A stretch of DNA of 43,658 nt from Candidatus Dojkabacteria bacterium UBA2177. GTDB lineage: Bacteria; Patescibacteriota; Dojkabacteria; SC72. Below the pieces are notes generated by a model. The model made no database searches and was not told where the DNA came from. It saw nothing but the letters and a program-made list of their open reading frames with translations. Location of the stretch: NCBI GenBank assembly GCA_002328805.1, contig DCVX01000032.1:1-43658 (forward strand), read 5' to 3'. Below are positions 42,401-43,658 of this stretch, in pieces. Positions within the stretch are counted from its first letter, which is position 1. Every line of letters begins with the position of its first letter. The position numbers and the translations under genes were made by a program.

Positions 42401-42880
42401 ATATTTCTTCGCAGTTTCAAGAGCATCTTTAAAATTCCCTTTTAGAATGGGTTGACTTATTGGACCTGCCAAACATGCAGAGAGAGCAATTAAACCACCT
42501 GTGTACTTACTTAGAGTTTCAATATCTATTCTTGGTCTATAGTAAAAGCCCTCCATGTGGGAAATAGAAACTATTTTCATTAAATTCTTATACCCCTCTA
42601 AATTCTTGGCTAAAACAACTAGATGAAAATATTCATTATCTATACCGTGTTCTTTCTTATCCATACTCCTTGGTGCGATATATATCTCAGAACCAATTAT
42701 TGGCTTTAGACCTTCATCTTTCATAGCTTTCTGGAATTTATAGACACCATACATATTTCCATGGTCTGTTATTGCACAAGCGTTCATTTTCTCTGCTTTA
42801 AGTTTCTCAATTAACTCAGAAATCCGGATAGTCCCATCAAGCAAAGAATACTCTGTATGTAGGTGTAGATGCGTGAACAT
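39476..42880 (-). CDS. dnaE: DNA polymerase III alpha subunit
   Basis: The PHP domain start is MFTHLHLHTEYSLLDG, so I prefer the ATG at 42880 over the track's 42934. It also has DFDIDI, FDFLGLRNL, the HhH region, and an OB fold near the C-terminus. Confidence 0.94.
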   Translation of the reverse strand: MFTHLHLHTEYSLLDGTIRISELIEKLKAEKMNACAITDHGNMYGVYKFQKAMKDEGLKPIIGSEIYIAPRSMDKKEHGIDNEYFHLVVLAKNLEGYKNLMKIVSISHMEGFYYRPRIDIETLSKYTGGLIALSACLAGPISQPILKGNFKDALETAKKYKEMFKDNFYIELQRNGMGEQEVVNEGLLKIADELELPLVATCDSHYLDKEDAQIQEILWCISDGYTLDDPERRKMPTNEFYVKNPKEMQSLFKDIPEAIENTQKIVDSIEEYDITFDRIENPYKDLPAGKTSQEYLRELSYEGAKKRYGKLDKELKDRIDYELKTIHDKGYDDYFLIVRDIIRFCKDNDIVVGMRGSGCGSVVAYTTDITDIEPIKWELYFERFLNPERPSPPDFDIDIADKRRDEVIEYTIEKYGIENVKQIGTFSKLQTRQAIRDVARVIGVELDVADELSKMVEIVFGKAKDIDYMLEHNPEFAQIINSSEKTRYLADVVRRVSGLCRGVSTHACGIIITPEPVVEYVPIQRDAHGGGIGMSQYEMSDLEAIGIMKFDFLGLRNLNIIGSALKKIEEREGEKIDLATIDTNDKKTFELIRSGHTVGIFQLESEGMKRTIKLLEPESMEDISYILAAYRPGPMQFISDYAEVKNGKQEPDYIIDDLEPILSVTNGVISYQEQVMRIAQVAAGYSLGAADILRRAMGKKKLDVMKAEKPVFIEGGVKLGHDKKDMEKIWERLVKFANYGFNKAHSASYATIAYWTAYLKSHYPLEYMAALLEGDLEKFDRVILDLGECERLGIEVLPPDVNKSGFYFKVEGDKSIRFGLAGIKNLGQDIVQSIVHEREKNGQYKHLDDFVNRNFKNINKKAIEYLIMAGTMDSFGARGALLQVLDDVYNKIKANKKTEEMGQIDIFAMNNSMNGHDAQNDIIGKTPLPTDAKVELSDILKWEKELLGLYFSSHPLDNLQEFFDQKNVVPLIEALEIKKNNDLLVLGVMVTKVRKITTKKGEVMVFLTIEDKTAKTEAVVFPRVYKEIKDTLVENKPMLIAGRLNIRDGQASIIVQKAKYIDTKKYSSQFDGVTFRITPLHSEEEVAALKKYIQESDGDTPVKIVVNDGISNKNVIIKKKIAMDQETKKWLKKF

Positions 42881-42916
42881 AACAAATATTGCCCCAATTT
42901 GATATACTAAACCATT

Positions 42917-43636
42917 ATGCCAGAAACTGACCAAGAAAAGTCAAATCTTTCTCTAACAAGTAGAATTAAAGACTCCAATATTACTAGAGTCACAGGAGTT
43001 TTACTCCTTGTTTTGGCCTACTACTTCATCCTTTCTCCATATATAGAGACATTCTTAACAAAAGCCTTTGGTGGTGTGGCTAGAAATACTTCTAATGTGG
43101 AGGTTAACTCTCTCTCTCCAATATTTGACATACATGTTTATGCTGGTGAATATAATCTCTCTTCTATTAAAAATACCAATGAGCCTATTAGAAAAACTAG
43201 ATTCTTTACTCTTGATCCTAGGGTATTAGCTATGAACAAGTTTTTGAGTGATTACCACTCTCCTATGGCTCCATATGCGGAGGTCTTCATCATAGAGGCT
43301 GATAGATATGGTCTAGATTGGAGACTTGTAGCATCCATCTCTGGTGTGGAATCTGCTTTTGGAAATCTCTTGCCAAAAGGTTCTCATAACGCTTGGGGGT
43401 GGAGAGGAATAAATAGGAATGATGCTGGTTGGAGTATGTTTGAGGATTGGGAGGAGTCAATCACCCATGTTACAGAACGACTTGCCTTAGGATATGGCAC
43501 CGACTTAACTCCTTTTGACATCCAAGACACATATTGTCCTCCTTGTGGAGAAACAGGGCTGGATCTTTGGGCTCATGGTGTCACCCGCTTTATGAATGAG
43601 TTAGAATATTATGTAGATAATTTAGAAAACCTCTAA
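42917..43636 (+). CDS. Membrane-anchored hypothetical protein with MltB/SLT_2-like lytic transglycosylase motif
   Basis: It has an N-terminal TM helix (VTGVLLLVLAYYFILSPYI). YGLDWRLVASISGVESAFGN resembles the catalytic ..GxES.FG motif of MltB-type lytic transglycosylases. The functional call is weak. Confidence 0.5.
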   Translation: MPETDQEKSNLSLTSRIKDSNITRVTGVLLLVLAYYFILSPYIETFLTKAFGGVARNTSNVEVNSLSPIFDIHVYAGEYNLSSIKNTNEPIRKTRFFTLDPRVLAMNKFLSDYHSPMAPYAEVFIIEADRYGLDWRLVASISGVESAFGNLLPKGSHNAWGWRGINRNDAGWSMFEDWEESITHVTERLALGYGTDLTPFDIQDTYCPPCGETGLDLWAHGVTRFMNELEYYVDNLENL

Positions 43637-43658
43637 AAATGTTAAAACTAATAATAAG

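Noticed and set aside
42881-42934. 18-codon extension of dnaE, and a similar 33843-33914 extension of uvrB overlapping mutL
   Set aside because: Conserved N-termini (PHP MFTHLHLHTEYSLLDG; UvrB F.L...Y.P.GDQ-like segment) begin later. The extensions would overlap divergent genes.
1-43658. Alternative genetic code (UGA recoding, as in some CPR lineages), CRISPR arrays, transposases/IS elements, and prophage or defence-island signatures
   Set aside because: Long conserved genes read through intact under the standard code, and uvrC ends with TGA. I saw no repeat-spacer periodicity, transposase, integrase, reverse transcriptase or restriction-modification-type genes anywhere in the window.

Overview
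This is an AT-rich bacterial chromosomal window read with the standard genetic code. Stops are almost all TAA/TAG, with one TGA at uvrC. Gene content is ADP-forming acetyl-CoA synthetase plus a 2-oxoacid:ferredoxin oxidoreductase, a class III RNR, many small membrane hypotheticals and weak Shine-Dalgarno signals. This suggests an anaerobic, reduced-genome, Patescibacteria/CPR-like organism, which is inference only. I support about 36 CDS, 2 tRNAs (Pro-UGG, Gln-UUG), a glmS ribozyme-like leader, 2 LAGLIDADG inteins, and a few promoters, operators and terminators. I saw no CRISPR array, transposase, rRNA or obvious defence island. Most of the window is housekeeping: glmS, pyrG, map, trxB, nrdR/D/G, lexA, mutL, uvrB, uvrC and dnaE. 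Four things merit a second look. (1) The nrd cassette holds nrdD with two inteins, and the glycyl-radical domain sits on a separate 46-codon mini-ORF that the ORF track missed. (2) A 1684-aa RecJ-like protein has its DHH/DHHA1 motifs spread apart by more than 1000 aa of unassignable sequence. (3) A glmS ribozyme-like element precedes glmS. (4) A terminator-like hairpin lies in the leader of the giant gene.
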